Positions 11,666 to 23,262 of a stretch of DNA of 64,000 bases are shown in pieces; position 1 is the first letter of the stretch; each line of letters begins with the position of its first letter. Under the pieces are notes generated by a model. That model did no database searches. It was not told the origin of the DNA and saw nothing but the letters and a program-made list of their open reading frames with translations. The stretch comes from Octopus sinensis (lineage: Eukaryota): the NCBI RefSeq assembly GCF_006345805.1, contig NC_042998.1, positions 131,998,001 to 132,062,000 on the forward strand, given 5' to 3'. The position numbers and the translations under genes are program-made.

Positions 11666-11873
11666 TATTAATATTTCTGAATCTCTCTAAAGAAAACTAC
11701 GGCAGCGGTACTGGATATTGATAGTTATCGCCAAGCTAGCATGGCAGTCCATAATATAGGACGAATGCTGCTAATCTTGGAGCTAATCAACGGCAGCATT
11801 CGTCCTATTTTCCTAGACTACCATGTTACCTTGGCGATAACTATTAATATATATATAATATATATATATATAT

Positions 11874-12056
11874 AACGTAAAGTGTACTAGCCATCTGAAT
11901 GTGGCTAGGCACTGGGGGTGGGTGTTACTGACGCTTTCAGCCCCAGGGGATTGGTGGGTGTGTGGGTGGGGTGGGGGCTAGCCACATTCAGATGGCTAGT
12001 ACACTTTACGTTGTCGAGCGGTTACTGTTTACATCTCGTTCGGAGATTTATTAATG

Positions 12057-12097
<41 letters not shown>

Positions 12098-12310
12098 GTG
12101 ACCGCGTGTGTACCGTTGGGGATTTTTCTCCCTTCGTCTTCCCTTCTTTGGATCTTTCCTTTTCCTATGTTTCTGACGAAGTGCTCCGCTCGAAACGTTA
12201 AACCCTCCTTCTTTCCTTCCTTCCTGAGCGACCAATAATATTATACTTGTTCCACGTCCTCGTGTTGTTGTGTTTTCTCTTTGTGTTTTCATGTTTCGAT
12301 TAACTTTATA
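11874..12310 (+). mobile_element. Penelope-like terminal remnant with 5' inverted segment (second copy at 13120-13555)
   Basis: Begins with a 35-bp perfect inverted repeat (11874-11908 and 11978-12012) and contains a hammerhead motif. The same family occurs on the - strand at 37050-37270. Confidence 0.6.
12169..12203 (+). ncRNA. Minimal type I hammerhead motif
   Basis: GUUU-CUGACGA-A-GUGC(UCC)GCUC-GAAA-C-GUU-AAAC. Stem II has one mismatch relative to the GAGC/GCUC copy at 37155. Confidence 0.7.
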
Positions 12311-12399
12311 TATATATATATACACACATACATACATACATACATACATACATACATACATACATACATACATACATACATACATACTACATACATACA

Positions 12400-12431
<32 letters not shown>

Positions 12432-12842
12432 CATACATACATACTTTCTACTATAGGCAAAACGCCTATTTGGTGGAGGGGACAAGTCTATTATATCGAC
12501 CCCAGTGTTTCACCGATACTTAATTTATCGACTCCGAACAGATGAAAGACAAAGTCGGCCTCGGCGATGTAATTCTTCATATATCAAACGCTACACTGAA
12601 GAGAATCTTACTTACAAGCATGGATTTTTATAATTATAATTTTATTATGGGTAAGAAGCAAAACAATTGTATGCAATTTGCATTTAATAACTTTTATTTA
12701 TTATATTATATTTTATTATATTATATTATATTATATTGCTATAAGAATATAATATAATATTATGTTAATAAATTTTTATTTTTGAATTGATAATTGTATA
12801 TCTTCATTTTCTTTTCATTTATAAACATATATATATATATAT

Positions 12843-12873
<31 letters not shown>

Positions 12874-13085
12874 ATATATATATAATATATATATATTATA
12901 TACATATTAATATTTCTGAATCTCTCTAAAGAAAACTACGGCAGCGGTACTGGATATTGATAGTTATCGCCAAGCTAGCATGGCAGTCCATAAATATAGG
13001 ACGAATGCTGCTAATCTTGGAGCTAATCAACGGCCTCATTCGTCCTATTTTCCTAGACTACCATGTTACCTTGGCGATAACTATT

Positions 13086-13120
<35 letters not shown>

Positions 13121-13415
13121 ACGTAAAGTGTACTAGCCATCTGAATGTGGCTAGGCACTGGGGGTGGGTGTTACTGACGCTTTCAGCCCCAGGGGATTGG
13201 TGGGTGTGTGGGTGGGGTGGAGGCTAGCCACATTCAGATGGCTAGTACACTTTACGTTGTCGAGCGGTTACTGTTTACATCTCGTTCGGAGATTTATTAA
13301 TGCTTATATATATATATACTATATATATATATATATATATAAATGTGACCGCGTGTGTACCGTTGGGGATTTTTCTCCCTTCGTCTTCCCTTCTTTGGAT
13401 CTTTCCTTTTCCTAT

Positions 13416-13450
13416 GTTTCTGACGAAGTGCTCCGCTCGAAACGTTAAAC
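13416..13450 (+). ncRNA. Minimal type I hammerhead motif (duplicate of 12169-12203)
   Basis: Identical sequence 1247 bp downstream. Confidence 0.7.
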
Positions 13451-13620
13451 CCTCCTTCTTTCCTTCCTTCCTGAGCGACCAATAATATTATACTTGTTCC
13501 ACGTCCTCGTGTTGTTGTGTTTTCTCTTTGTGTTTTCATGTTTCGATTAACTTTATATATATATATACACACATACATACATACATACATACATACATAC
13601 ATACATACTACATACATACA

Positions 13621-13652
<32 letters not shown>

Positions 13653-14229
13653 CACACGCATATACACACATTTTAGAAGAGGTTGTAATAAGTTTTCTAG
13701 ATTATAGTGAAAAGCATTCGCACTGGGCTAGGGAAAGGGCTACGTGGTTCGTCATCCGCTCGTTGATTTAATGATTTTCGATTTTTTTTTATTTTTTGTC
13801 TCGTTGTATTAACGTTATTTTCTTTGATACCGTTTGTTTTACTTCTTTGCGGTTCAAAATGGCCACCACAAATTATTCATGTCAAATGTATACCTTTTCC
13901 ATGAAATCTAACTATAACAGATATATATGTATAGGAGAGCATAATGCGAAAAAATGACAACAGGAAATGATTTCTGGGAATATAAGTAAAAGTGATGCGG
14001 TTGTTTTGTTATTAGTAGACGATATTATTTTAATGCTATGTTTACAATAAAATTAATTCTAAATTCGATTTTATAGAATAAAACATTTCTGTACGTACGT
14101 GGAGTGGTGGAGTGAATGTGTGTGTGTGTGTGCGTGTGCGTGTGTGTGTATACATATGTATATACGTATGTCTATAGACGTACATCCAAGTTAATATATA
14201 TGTATATATATATATATATAATATATATA

Positions 14230-14264
<35 letters not shown>

Positions 14265-14439
14265 CATGTATGCATGTATGTATGTATGTATGTATGTATG
14301 TATGCATGCATGTATGTAGAAACGCGCGCGCGCAAGTGTGTGTGGATACAGCGAATATATGTGTATGTATTGATAGAATCGACAATTTTCTGAGACTAAT
14401 TGCCTTTCAATTTTATTAAAGGATAATATTTTTGTCGTT

Positions 14440-14600
<161 letters not shown>

Positions 14601-15171
14601 TCACATCGTTCTCCTTACTTTTCCTCTTGGTCTTGGTTTTCTTTTATTAGTTTACAATCAATCCCATTACATTATTTATTTATTTATTCATATTTCTACT
14701 TGTTTATTTAACTATTTATTAATTTTTTTTTGCTATATAAGTTTAGCTATATGTTTGTTCATCAGCAATACAAGAATGAATAGAATTTGAACACATCAAT
14801 ATAATGAAATATTAAACCAAATAAACTTACCAAAGCAAACATTACAGGTAATTTACCACAATCGTTATATAACTATACACAAAACTCCAAGATATATAAT
14901 TCGATTAAAGCTTCCATCAATACATTGTAACATATTCGAACAGTAAACATTTTGAAAGTCAATCAATCATACATTACTTGTTCAAATATCCTCAAACCCC
15001 ATGTTTTTCCTTACATTATTCTGGGTAGAAAATGCAAGAATATTTCGTTTTGCATAACCTTTTTACCGTTTTTTTTTTTTTTTTTTTTTATGTTTATTCT
15101 ATATATTATTCACTTTATACGTCATAAAAGGAGGCATAAGGAAATCTTCCATTCTATTGTAAACAATTTAC

Positions 15172-15472
15172 GAAAGCCTTGTGAGTGGATTTGGTAGATG
15201 GAAACTGAAAGAAGTACGTCGTATATATGTATATGTATATGTATATATATGTATGTGTGTGTTTATATGTCTGTGTTTATCTCCCCAACATAGCTTGACA
15301 ACCGATGCTGGCGTGTTTACGTCCCCGTAACTTAGTGGTTCGGCAAAAGAGACCGATAGAATAAGTACTAAGCTTAGAAAGAAAAAGTCCTGGGCTCGAT
15401 TTGCTCGACAAAAGCGGTGCTCCAGCATGGCCGTAGTCAAATGACTGAAACAAGTAAAAGAGTTAAGAGAGT
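15172..15472 (+). mobile_element. SINE B, 5'-truncated
   Basis: AAAGCCTTGTGAGTGGATTTGGTAG... through to the tail GACTGAAACAAGTAAAAGAG. Confidence 0.88.
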
Positions 15473-15576
15473 ATTACAATATTGATACCGTAAATATTGT
15501 GGTTATTGTAATCATTTCTATGATGTTTATAATACTGTATATGAAAATACTAAAAGCAATGTCATTTATACATACA

Positions 15577-16092
15577 CTAGCAGCATAGCCCGGCATTGCC
15601 CGGGTATGTAAGAGCCCCTGGAGCAGACATGATGCTCGCTGTGAATTTTTTAAAAATTCCTGCCAATTTGTGAAAGATATTGTCGAAAATATGTCATCTT
15701 GAATTTGAACGCGATTTCCCAAAATGGCATGAATTTATCGATTTTTTCTGATGGTAAGGTATTGCATGGAAAACTAACGTCAGAATTAAGTTTCTTAGGG
15801 TAACATTAAGCTTCACCATGAGTTTGGTGAAAATCGATTGCAAGTTGCGAAAACTACAACAGAAAATGTGTTGCAAATAAAAAGCTTAGATTCTCGACCC
15901 CCATGTCGAATTTATCGATTCTTTTCAGAACTGGGGGAACTTTTCAAAATTTTCGCTGCGTTAGTTTTGAATTATGACATTGGGCTATGTGTGTGTCAAG
16001 TTTCATCAGAATCGGTTGAAAGCCGTGGTCAGGGTGAGGGTACAACCTGACAGACACACAGACAGACAAACTGCCGTTTATGTAGAGAGAGA
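15577..16092 (-). mobile_element. Non-autonomous Helitron-like element (~516 bp)
   Basis: The - strand begins A|TC and ends CTAG|T, with a GC-rich hairpin (cccggcattgcccggg on +) just inside the CTAG end and (ACAG)n near the other end. Confidence 0.75.
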
Positions 16093-16199
16093 TACATATA
16101 TACATGTATATAAAAAGAGAGATAGATAGATAGATGGACAGACAGATAGGTATAGGTATATAGATATAGATGTAGGTATATATATAGATATAAATATAT

Positions 16200-16217
16200 A
16201 ATGTATACATGTATATA

Positions 16218-16252
<35 letters not shown>

Positions 16253-16660
16253 TCACTCCCATGCACTTACACACACACATTTACATATATATATACAATA
16301 CACGCACACACACTTACACACGTACAAACACACACGAATTCACATACACACCGACACATATACATACACACAACATATACCTCCACGCGCACGCACACAT
16401 ACACATACGTACACACATATAAGCACAGACACACACATACATACGCACACCAAAACATGCGCACACATACGCACTCACACATACATACATGCACACAATT
16501 ATACATATACGCACGTACAAGCACACACACACACGCACACATACACTTAGTTAAGCACAGTTACTCGCCATACACACAAAAAAAACGCACACGTACACAC
16601 ACACATATACTACAACAAAACACACACACGAGACATATACACGCACACACACATTCCTCC
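16200..16660. repeat. Degenerate (CA/TA)-rich low-complexity tract
   Basis: Direct inspection; source of several His/Thr and Val/Cys ORFs. Confidence 0.9.
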
Positions 16661-16748
16661 CTGTTTCTGACCTGCCTTCCTGACTCGCTAACTGCTGCTT
16701 GCCATAGCATTTAATGAAAATTTACTATCTGGAAAAATTAAAGATAGT

Positions 16749-16832
16749 CCCTTACAACTGTTTCAATTAAGCCGAAAAGATAAAATAGCAATAATTAAAA
16801 TCATTATACTAGTCAGAATCTCTTCAGAAGGG
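16749..16832 (-). ncRNA. Type I hammerhead motif with long loop II
   Basis: CCCUU-CUGAAGA-GAUU...AAUU-GAAA-CAGUUG-UA-AGGG; loop III is one base off the ACAGCUGU palindrome. Confidence 0.6.
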
Positions 16833-16899
16833 TGGAAAAAAGATTTACCGTTAGGTCTTTCATATGTTGTATTTTAAATCATCACAGCAGACTATATAT

Positions 16900-16942
<43 letters not shown>

Positions 16943-17160
16943 ACTTTAAGCAGAGGAAATCAACAAAACCTGTGCTCTGAGTTTGTTGAATTTTCTGCTG
17001 CTTTAAATAAGCATATACTCTACCACTATTTGAGTACTCTTTATTGTTTCACATTATGTGTTTACTATCATATATATCTAATATATATATATATATATAT
17101 ATATAAGAAGAGAGAGAGAGAGCGAGAGAGAGAGAGAGATAACGGTATATCTTTTTCCTA

Positions 17161-17242
17161 TCCCTCTGAGAGATTTTGCCTAATATAATCTTTTAATAGT
17201 TACTATTTAATCTTTTAAACTAATTGAAACAGCTGTAAGGGA
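17161..17242 (+). ncRNA. Hammerhead motif, core apparently damaged by a 1-nt deletion
   Basis: UCCCU-CUGA[-]GA-GAUU...AAUU-GAAA-CAGCUG-UA-AGGGA, with a perfect 5-bp stem I. Same family as 16749-16832, on the opposite strand. Confidence 0.55.
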
Positions 17243-17834
17243 TTATGTTTGATTTTTGCAGATAATAAATTTTTCTTAAATGCTTTAACTCCATTTTCTT
17301 AATTTCTTTTGAATGATTATAAACCATGATTTATATATAAATCTATTTTTCTATGAATACCATTATTCACAACAAATATTAGGTATGAAGCTAATTTAAC
17401 TGCCAATTGAATTTTATATGTATATGTGTGTGTGTGAGTGAGTGAGTGTATAAATACATATATATATATACACACACATATATATATATATATGCATATA
17501 TATATATCTATACATATATGTATACATATATACATATATACTTACATATATATACATATACATATATACATACATACACACATATATGATAAATATATAT
17601 ACATATATGTATGTATATATAATTATAGAATATTTTAACTACGTAAAGAGATGGTTGCAATAAAGGAAATGCTGGTTCAATACCTAGTATTTGGGGCGGG
17701 GGTAAAATACCCTTAAAATAATAGATATATATAAAAACATATAGTTTATATCCATTTAAAAGAAGAAAAGAAAAGAAAATGGAGATAAGGAAGCTAATAA
17801 TTGTTTATTATTAACAAATTGGTCAACGTCGCTT

Positions 17835-17926
17835 CTTACAGCTGTTTCAATTAATACTCAATAATTTAATTACAAATTTGTACATTAAACTTATACTTAT
17901 GTGACATGAGTATAATTTCATCAGAG
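17835..17926 (-). ncRNA. Type I hammerhead motif, canonical core
   Basis: CU-CUGAUGA-AAUUAUACUCA...UGAGUAUUAAUU-GAAA-CAGCUG-UA-AG: 11-bp stem II with one bulge, palindromic ACAGCUGU, GUA triplet, short stem I. Confidence 0.68.
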
Positions 17927-17988
17927 GAAAGAGATGTACCGTTGGATGTTAAATGTGGACTTATTAATATATACTATATACATACATC

Positions 17989-18085
<97 letters not shown>

Positions 18086-18119
18086 AAGGTTTAAAAATGC
18101 ATTTTAAAGATGTTTATTC

Positions 18120-18161
18120 ACTTGACCGGTTTCACTTTTTTAGAAAAAGATTGTCAAAAGT
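18120..18161 (-). ncRNA. Minimal hammerhead-like motif, U3-A8 core variant
   Basis: ACUU-UUGACAA-U-CUUUUU(CUA)AAAAAG-U-GAAA-CCGG-UC-AAGU: palindromic ACCGGU, GUC triplet, U-U mismatch at the base of stem II. Confidence 0.55.
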
Positions 18162-19159
18162 AAAATGTAAAGCTTTGTATAAGCTTTGTTGTGTTAAGTA
18201 CTGGTTGTCACAAAAGTATTAAAATAATATATACATTCTTTGATAATAATAATAAAATATTAAAAACAGTTTACAAGAAAGTATTTAAGAAAATATTCAA
18301 CAAAAAGTATTAGGAGTTCAATAAAAATCATGTTTGTTTGGTAGTAAATATATACACAGAAGAAGATATATTTAAGAGTTTACAAAGAATTTAAGAGGAA
18401 CCAACATGTCTCCCTAGCATTTTTTTATTTTCTGTGTAGCTAAGGATTGTTTGCTATTTTAAGGGACAGTGTGGGAGGTTGGTTGGGATGGGGGGAAGGA
18501 AGAGTAATGTGGAATTAAAAGGACTTTTTTCTGGGCTAGTCTGTCATGGTTCAATGGTTTTTGGGACTGGTCTAAGAGGTCAGAATGGTGTGAGTGTGTG
18601 TGTCTCTGTGCACGTTTCTATGTGTATGTGTATATACATATGTCTGTGTTTGTGGGGGGGGCTGTTTTTTTATTGGTCCCAGAGTTTATTGTGGTGTGTG
18701 TAAATGGGTCTGTGTGTTTTATATTTGGTAGGATGGTGTGTGTATATGTGAGCATGTTTGTGCTCACACACACACACAGACACACACACACATATATACA
18801 TCGAAAACAGTACTTCTGTACTTCATCCAGTGAGAGAGAAGTAACATTTGTCTCAGGATTTAAATGCGAGCCACTATTAGCATCATGCATTATAAAATTG
18901 TCAGACATGCTTGTATAGCTATACACGCGATATACGTCACACTGTACAAGCTTGTCCGACTATTATATTTCTGAGGCATGAAACTAATTGTATCTCACTT
19001 TTAAATCCTGTGTATAGTAACGATATGTTTACTGATATGCAAACACACATACACACACACGCACACACGCACACACACACATATGGTTATACATATGCAT
19101 ATATATGCATATATACATATATACACAAACACATACATACACACACATGTGTATACATG

Positions 19160-19231
<72 letters not shown>

Positions 19232-19235
<4 letters not shown>

Positions 19236-19441
19236 GGAGTAAACACATAAATGTGAAACAAGGTGGAAAAAAGAGTACTCAAATACCAGTGGTAGAGTAA
19301 TATGCTTTATTTTAAGCAGCAGAAAATTCAACAAAATCTGTTTTAATATATAAGTTCCATTCTAGCAAAAACTGTCTGATGAACGGCAACGAGAAACTCA
19401 GAGTAACAGATTTTGTTGAATTTTCTGCTGCTTAAAATAAA

Positions 19442-19442
<1 letters not shown>
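19232..19442. mobile_element. Penelope-like terminal remnant with head-to-head inversion
   Basis: Perfect 38-bp inverted repeat (19305-19342 and 19405-19442) enclosing a hammerhead motif. Related sequence occurs at 16942-17070. Confidence 0.6.
19372..19409 (+). ncRNA. Minimal type I hammerhead motif
   Basis: CUGU-CUGAUGA-ACG(GCAA)CGA-GAAA-CUCAGAG-UA-ACAG: 4-bp stem I, GUA triplet, mismatch at the base of stem II. Confidence 0.65.
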
Positions 19443-19498
<56 letters not shown>

Positions 19499-19543
19499 CG
19501 CGTGCGTGTGTGTGTGTATATGTGAGCATGTTTGTGTGTGTAT

Positions 19544-20305
19544 CAGAGGCGACGCCAGGTCATCAGCATCACTCGGGCTCATCACAGATTTCGCATAAGA
19601 ATTTCACGTTTTTCCGCAATCTTTCTAGCCCTGAAGGGCTTATATTTTATATCTAGCACTATGTCTCTTTCCATTTCTAAGTTAAGGACAAAAATAAAGC
19701 AACCCTGCAAAATACAGCTGATCTTTACTACACAGAGCCGCACAGAATAGCTGCTGTCAAATAACGACAGTGAAGTACACAACAAACATCAGAGGTCTGA
19801 TTGTCACCTGAACATAGACAAGAGATGCCAGTTAGTCTTTTACACCTACCAGGTTCGTTCGTATCAGCCCGAGTTGCTGGATATATTTTTGTATTCTTTA
19901 AGAATATTGTAGAACGAAACTTTTCATAGATTGGAATTCAAATTCTAATCTCTATAGAAATTGTTTTTTTTCAAGAAAACATAGAATTTGAATTACTGTT
20001 AATTCTTACGATTGTAGATAACAACTCGGGCCTGAGAGAAGCGCGTGTAAACGACGTCAAGAGAACGCCTGCTACGAATGATATTTTTTTTTACCTAGGG
20101 CACCTCTATGACGACCGCCAGATGCTAAACGAAAATAAATGAACTGCGACCAAGCTCAATAAAAGGAGCCCGAGTTATCGGTTGCAATTATATTCTTGAA
20201 GTCAGTGTTGGCAGAAATTAAATCAGCTTGCAAATACGCGTTCACTTTGATAATTTTTTTATTTGGGGCTAAGCCCGAACAGCCCGAGTGTTGAAGTCGC
20301 CACTG
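19544..20305. mobile_element. Non-autonomous hAT-like DNA transposon (~762 bp)
   Basis: Termini CAGAGGCGAC ... GTCGCCACTG (9/10 inverted match), 8-bp flanks GTGTGTAT and GTATGTAT (7/8), and six AGCCCGAGT-like internal repeats in both orientations. Confidence 0.72.
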
Positions 20306-20718
20306 GTATGTATGTATAACTTTAATTCATGTTCAGTGAAGACAAAAATATCGAAGTGTTTCTTTGGTAATACTGAAAGCATCGATTCGGTCCAAGGTCA
20401 AAATTCATTGAAACAAGAATGTGAGGTACGAAAAATGGACCTCCCACGCATAACCACACATACATGTTCAAAAGCATATTACTATTATCAGCAGAATACC
20501 AGAAGGGAGGAAAAGTAACATAAACTCCAGCTGGATTTAAATCTCGAGGCAAAGAGTGGTAAGGAAAAGTGAAATACTCCAATAATTTTATTTAACTCTA
20601 AATTATGTAAACTAATAGCGTATTTAGAAATCTAGTCATGTAAATACTATGGGGAACATAATATATATATATATATATTATATATATATATATATATTAT
20701 ATATATATATAATATATA

Positions 20719-20763
<45 letters not shown>

Positions 20764-20824
20764 ATATTGTATTTATTTTTATAGTACTCAGTTTTTACTC
20801 AAAATTCATGCATGCTTTTTAACA

Positions 20825-21228
20825 CAGGAGTGGTAAGAGGTTTGCTTCTCAGATACATGATTCTGGGTTCAATCCTACTGTGTGGCATCTTGGGCATCTA
20901 GGGCCGACCAAAGCTTTGTGAGTGGATTTTGGTAGAGAGGTGTATGCGTGTGTATGTGTATGTGTGGTGTGTGTGTGTGTGTGTTTGTGTTTGTGTTCGT
21001 CTCCCACCACCGTTTCACAGACGGCGTTGGTGTCTTTACATCCCCTAGATATAGCGGTTCGGCACAAGAGAACGAGGGAATAAGTACCACACTTACAAAA
21101 AAAAAAGAAAGAAAAGAAAAGAAAAAACACTAGGGTCGATTCGTTCGACCAAAATTCGTCATGGCGGTGCCCCAGCATGGCCGCAGACTAATGAATGAAA
21201 CAAGTGAAAGATAAACGATAAAAGATAG
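20825..21228 (+). mobile_element. SINE B, diverged near-full copy
   Basis: Head, internal (TG)n and GGCGGTGCCCCAGCATGGCCGCAG tail are all present. Confidence 0.82.
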
Positions 21229-21480
21229 AAATATCACGTTCCATGATTTGTAATATAAATATATCAAATATCGTAGCGAATTTGCTGAAGAAGTGGGTGT
21301 TGCAGACTTTGTGGCGACAAATTCTACCTCTGGATATTGAAAGGTAACTCAATAGCGGATAGCTTTTTAACACAGAAGTGGGGAGACAAATATCAGTCAG
21401 TTACTGGAACATCCATTATAGATCTGGAGCTGCTTTCATAGGTATACGCAAGCATGAATACATACACACACTCAAAGAGA

Positions 21481-21499
21481 AATAGATAGATAGATAGAT

Positions 21500-21564
<65 letters not shown>

Positions 21565-21586
21565 GGCATGTATGTATGTATGTATG

Positions 21587-21643
<57 letters not shown>

Positions 21644-21770
21644 CAGAGAGAGAGCGAGAAAGAGAGAGAGGCAGACAGAAAGACAGATATACTGACAGAC
21701 AGACAGACAGACAGACAGGAAAACAGACTAACAGAAAGAGAGAGAGAGCGCGCGGTGGAGAGACAGAGAA
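21481..21770. repeat. (GATA)n, (TATG)n, (TA)n, (GA)n and (GACA)n microsatellites
   Basis: Direct inspection. Confidence 0.92.
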
Positions 21771-22696
21771 AGATTAATACAGGTATATTAAATACAATAT
21801 AACCTAAATTCTTGAATTATAGTTACGATATGTTCTCTGCGCCTCTAGAGAACATATTATAGTTACCAAATGTCAATGAAGACCAGCTCCATATGGGAGG
21901 GGAGATCATCTCAAGAGTTAAGAATTCCTTGAAGTTGAAATGCTGTTTCAGTTAAGGACAGGTTTATTGTCTGGAGATATAGGACAGCCGTGAACAAGTG
22001 TTTCTACCTCAACAGGCGTCATCAGCACGAGTATTGTCGAAGTTTATCTCCGTTCACCCAGACTTATACAAAAGAGTAGAACCCAAAATGGCCTAGATAA
22101 TTTGCATAATTTAAACAAAAATAAGCCGATGTATATGTATATGTATATGTGTGTGTGTATACATATGCATGTTTGTATGTATTTAAATGTTTATTCAAGG
22201 ATAAAACGCTCAGCAACGAATAGTTTATAATTATTGATCCTCACCCTGCTAACTACATGTTGTTTGAAGCTTGTTTATATTCACAATGATTGGGTATTAC
22301 TCTTGTCCTGCTGAAAACATGGTGGAAATTATGTGCTTTATACTTCACATTGTTTGCATTTCACATCAGTTTGATACCATCCGCCATTATCTAGCTTCAT
22401 CCATACACTATCTCTGTATGTGTTGGTTTAAGTATACATACATACATGTGTGTGTACAGTTTTCCATTTTCGACAATTCGCATGACATGGCTTCGTTTCC
22501 CTGTTGTTTATTAAATTTATTTGCTTCTTTTTTTGTGGATGAATGTAATTTTTTGTTACTCAGTGTAAAGTAATGAGTTGAAATATGGTATATTTTAACA
22601 TTGAAAATACAATAGTTCGTTTCTCCCATAATCTGTATTAATTTCCTATAGAAAGCATATTGTCTGGGATCAACTTTTTCTTTTTTACTATAAGAC

Positions 22697-22853
22697 TATA
22701 AGCACAAGGCCTGAACTTTGGTGAGAGGCAGGGCTAGTCTATTACATCGATCCCTGTGCTAGACTAGTAACGTCGACAGCGGCAGAATTTGAGCTAAGAA
22801 AGTAAAACCGTATTTTGGCCAGCAAGCTAACGATTCTGACAGCTCACCGCCTT
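22697..22853 (-). mobile_element. SINE A with internal deletion
   Basis: agcacaaggcc...atcgatcc...gctaacgattctgacagctcaccgcctt. Confidence 0.75.
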
Positions 22854-22918
22854 AGTGAAAGATCAAATTTAAACTATACTATTTTAGTCTATTTTCTAAA
22901 TCATTACATCTTTCTGTG

Positions 22919-23262
22919 AAGGAGTGGCTGTGTGGTAAGTAGCTTGCTTACCAACCACATGGTTCCGGTTTCAGTCCCACTGCGTGGCACCTTGGGCAAG
23001 TATCTTCTTCTATAGCCTCGGGCCGACCAAAGCCTTGTGAGTGGATTTGGTAGACGGAGACTGAAAGCAGCCCGTCGTATATATGTATATGTATATATAT
23101 ATGTATATAACTTAGGGGTTCGGCAAAAGAGACCGATAGAATAAGTACTAGGCTTACAAAGAATAAGTCCTGGGGTTGATTTGCTCGACTAAAGGCGGTG
23201 CTCCAGCATGGCCACAGTGAAATGACTGAAACAAGTAAAAGAGTAAAAAGAGAGTAAGAGTA
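22919..23262 (+). mobile_element. SINE B, young, with internal deletion
   Basis: Near-consensus head GGAGTGGCTGTGTGGTAAGTAGC and tail; the middle segment after (TA)n is missing. Confidence 0.9.

Larger units (their letters stand above)
11211..13650. repeat. Direct tandem duplication of a ~1.23-kb unit (11211-12441 and 12442-~13650)
   Basis: Same ordered content in both copies (SINE A fragment, AT-rich block, 136-bp hairpin, 35-bp inverted repeat, hammerhead-bearing terminus). Only a few substitutions occur outside microsatellites, and the junctions lie in (TACA)n. Confidence 0.92.

Noticed and set aside
20330-20425. Possible exon VKTKISKCFFGNTESIDSVQGQNSLKQECE (AG...GT bounded)
   Set aside because: Unrecognised peptide with weak splice context; it needs RNA-seq.
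21276-21345. Possible micro-exon NLLKKWVLQTLWRQILPLDIE ending AG|GTAACT
   Set aside because: No polypyrimidine tract and no recognisable homology.
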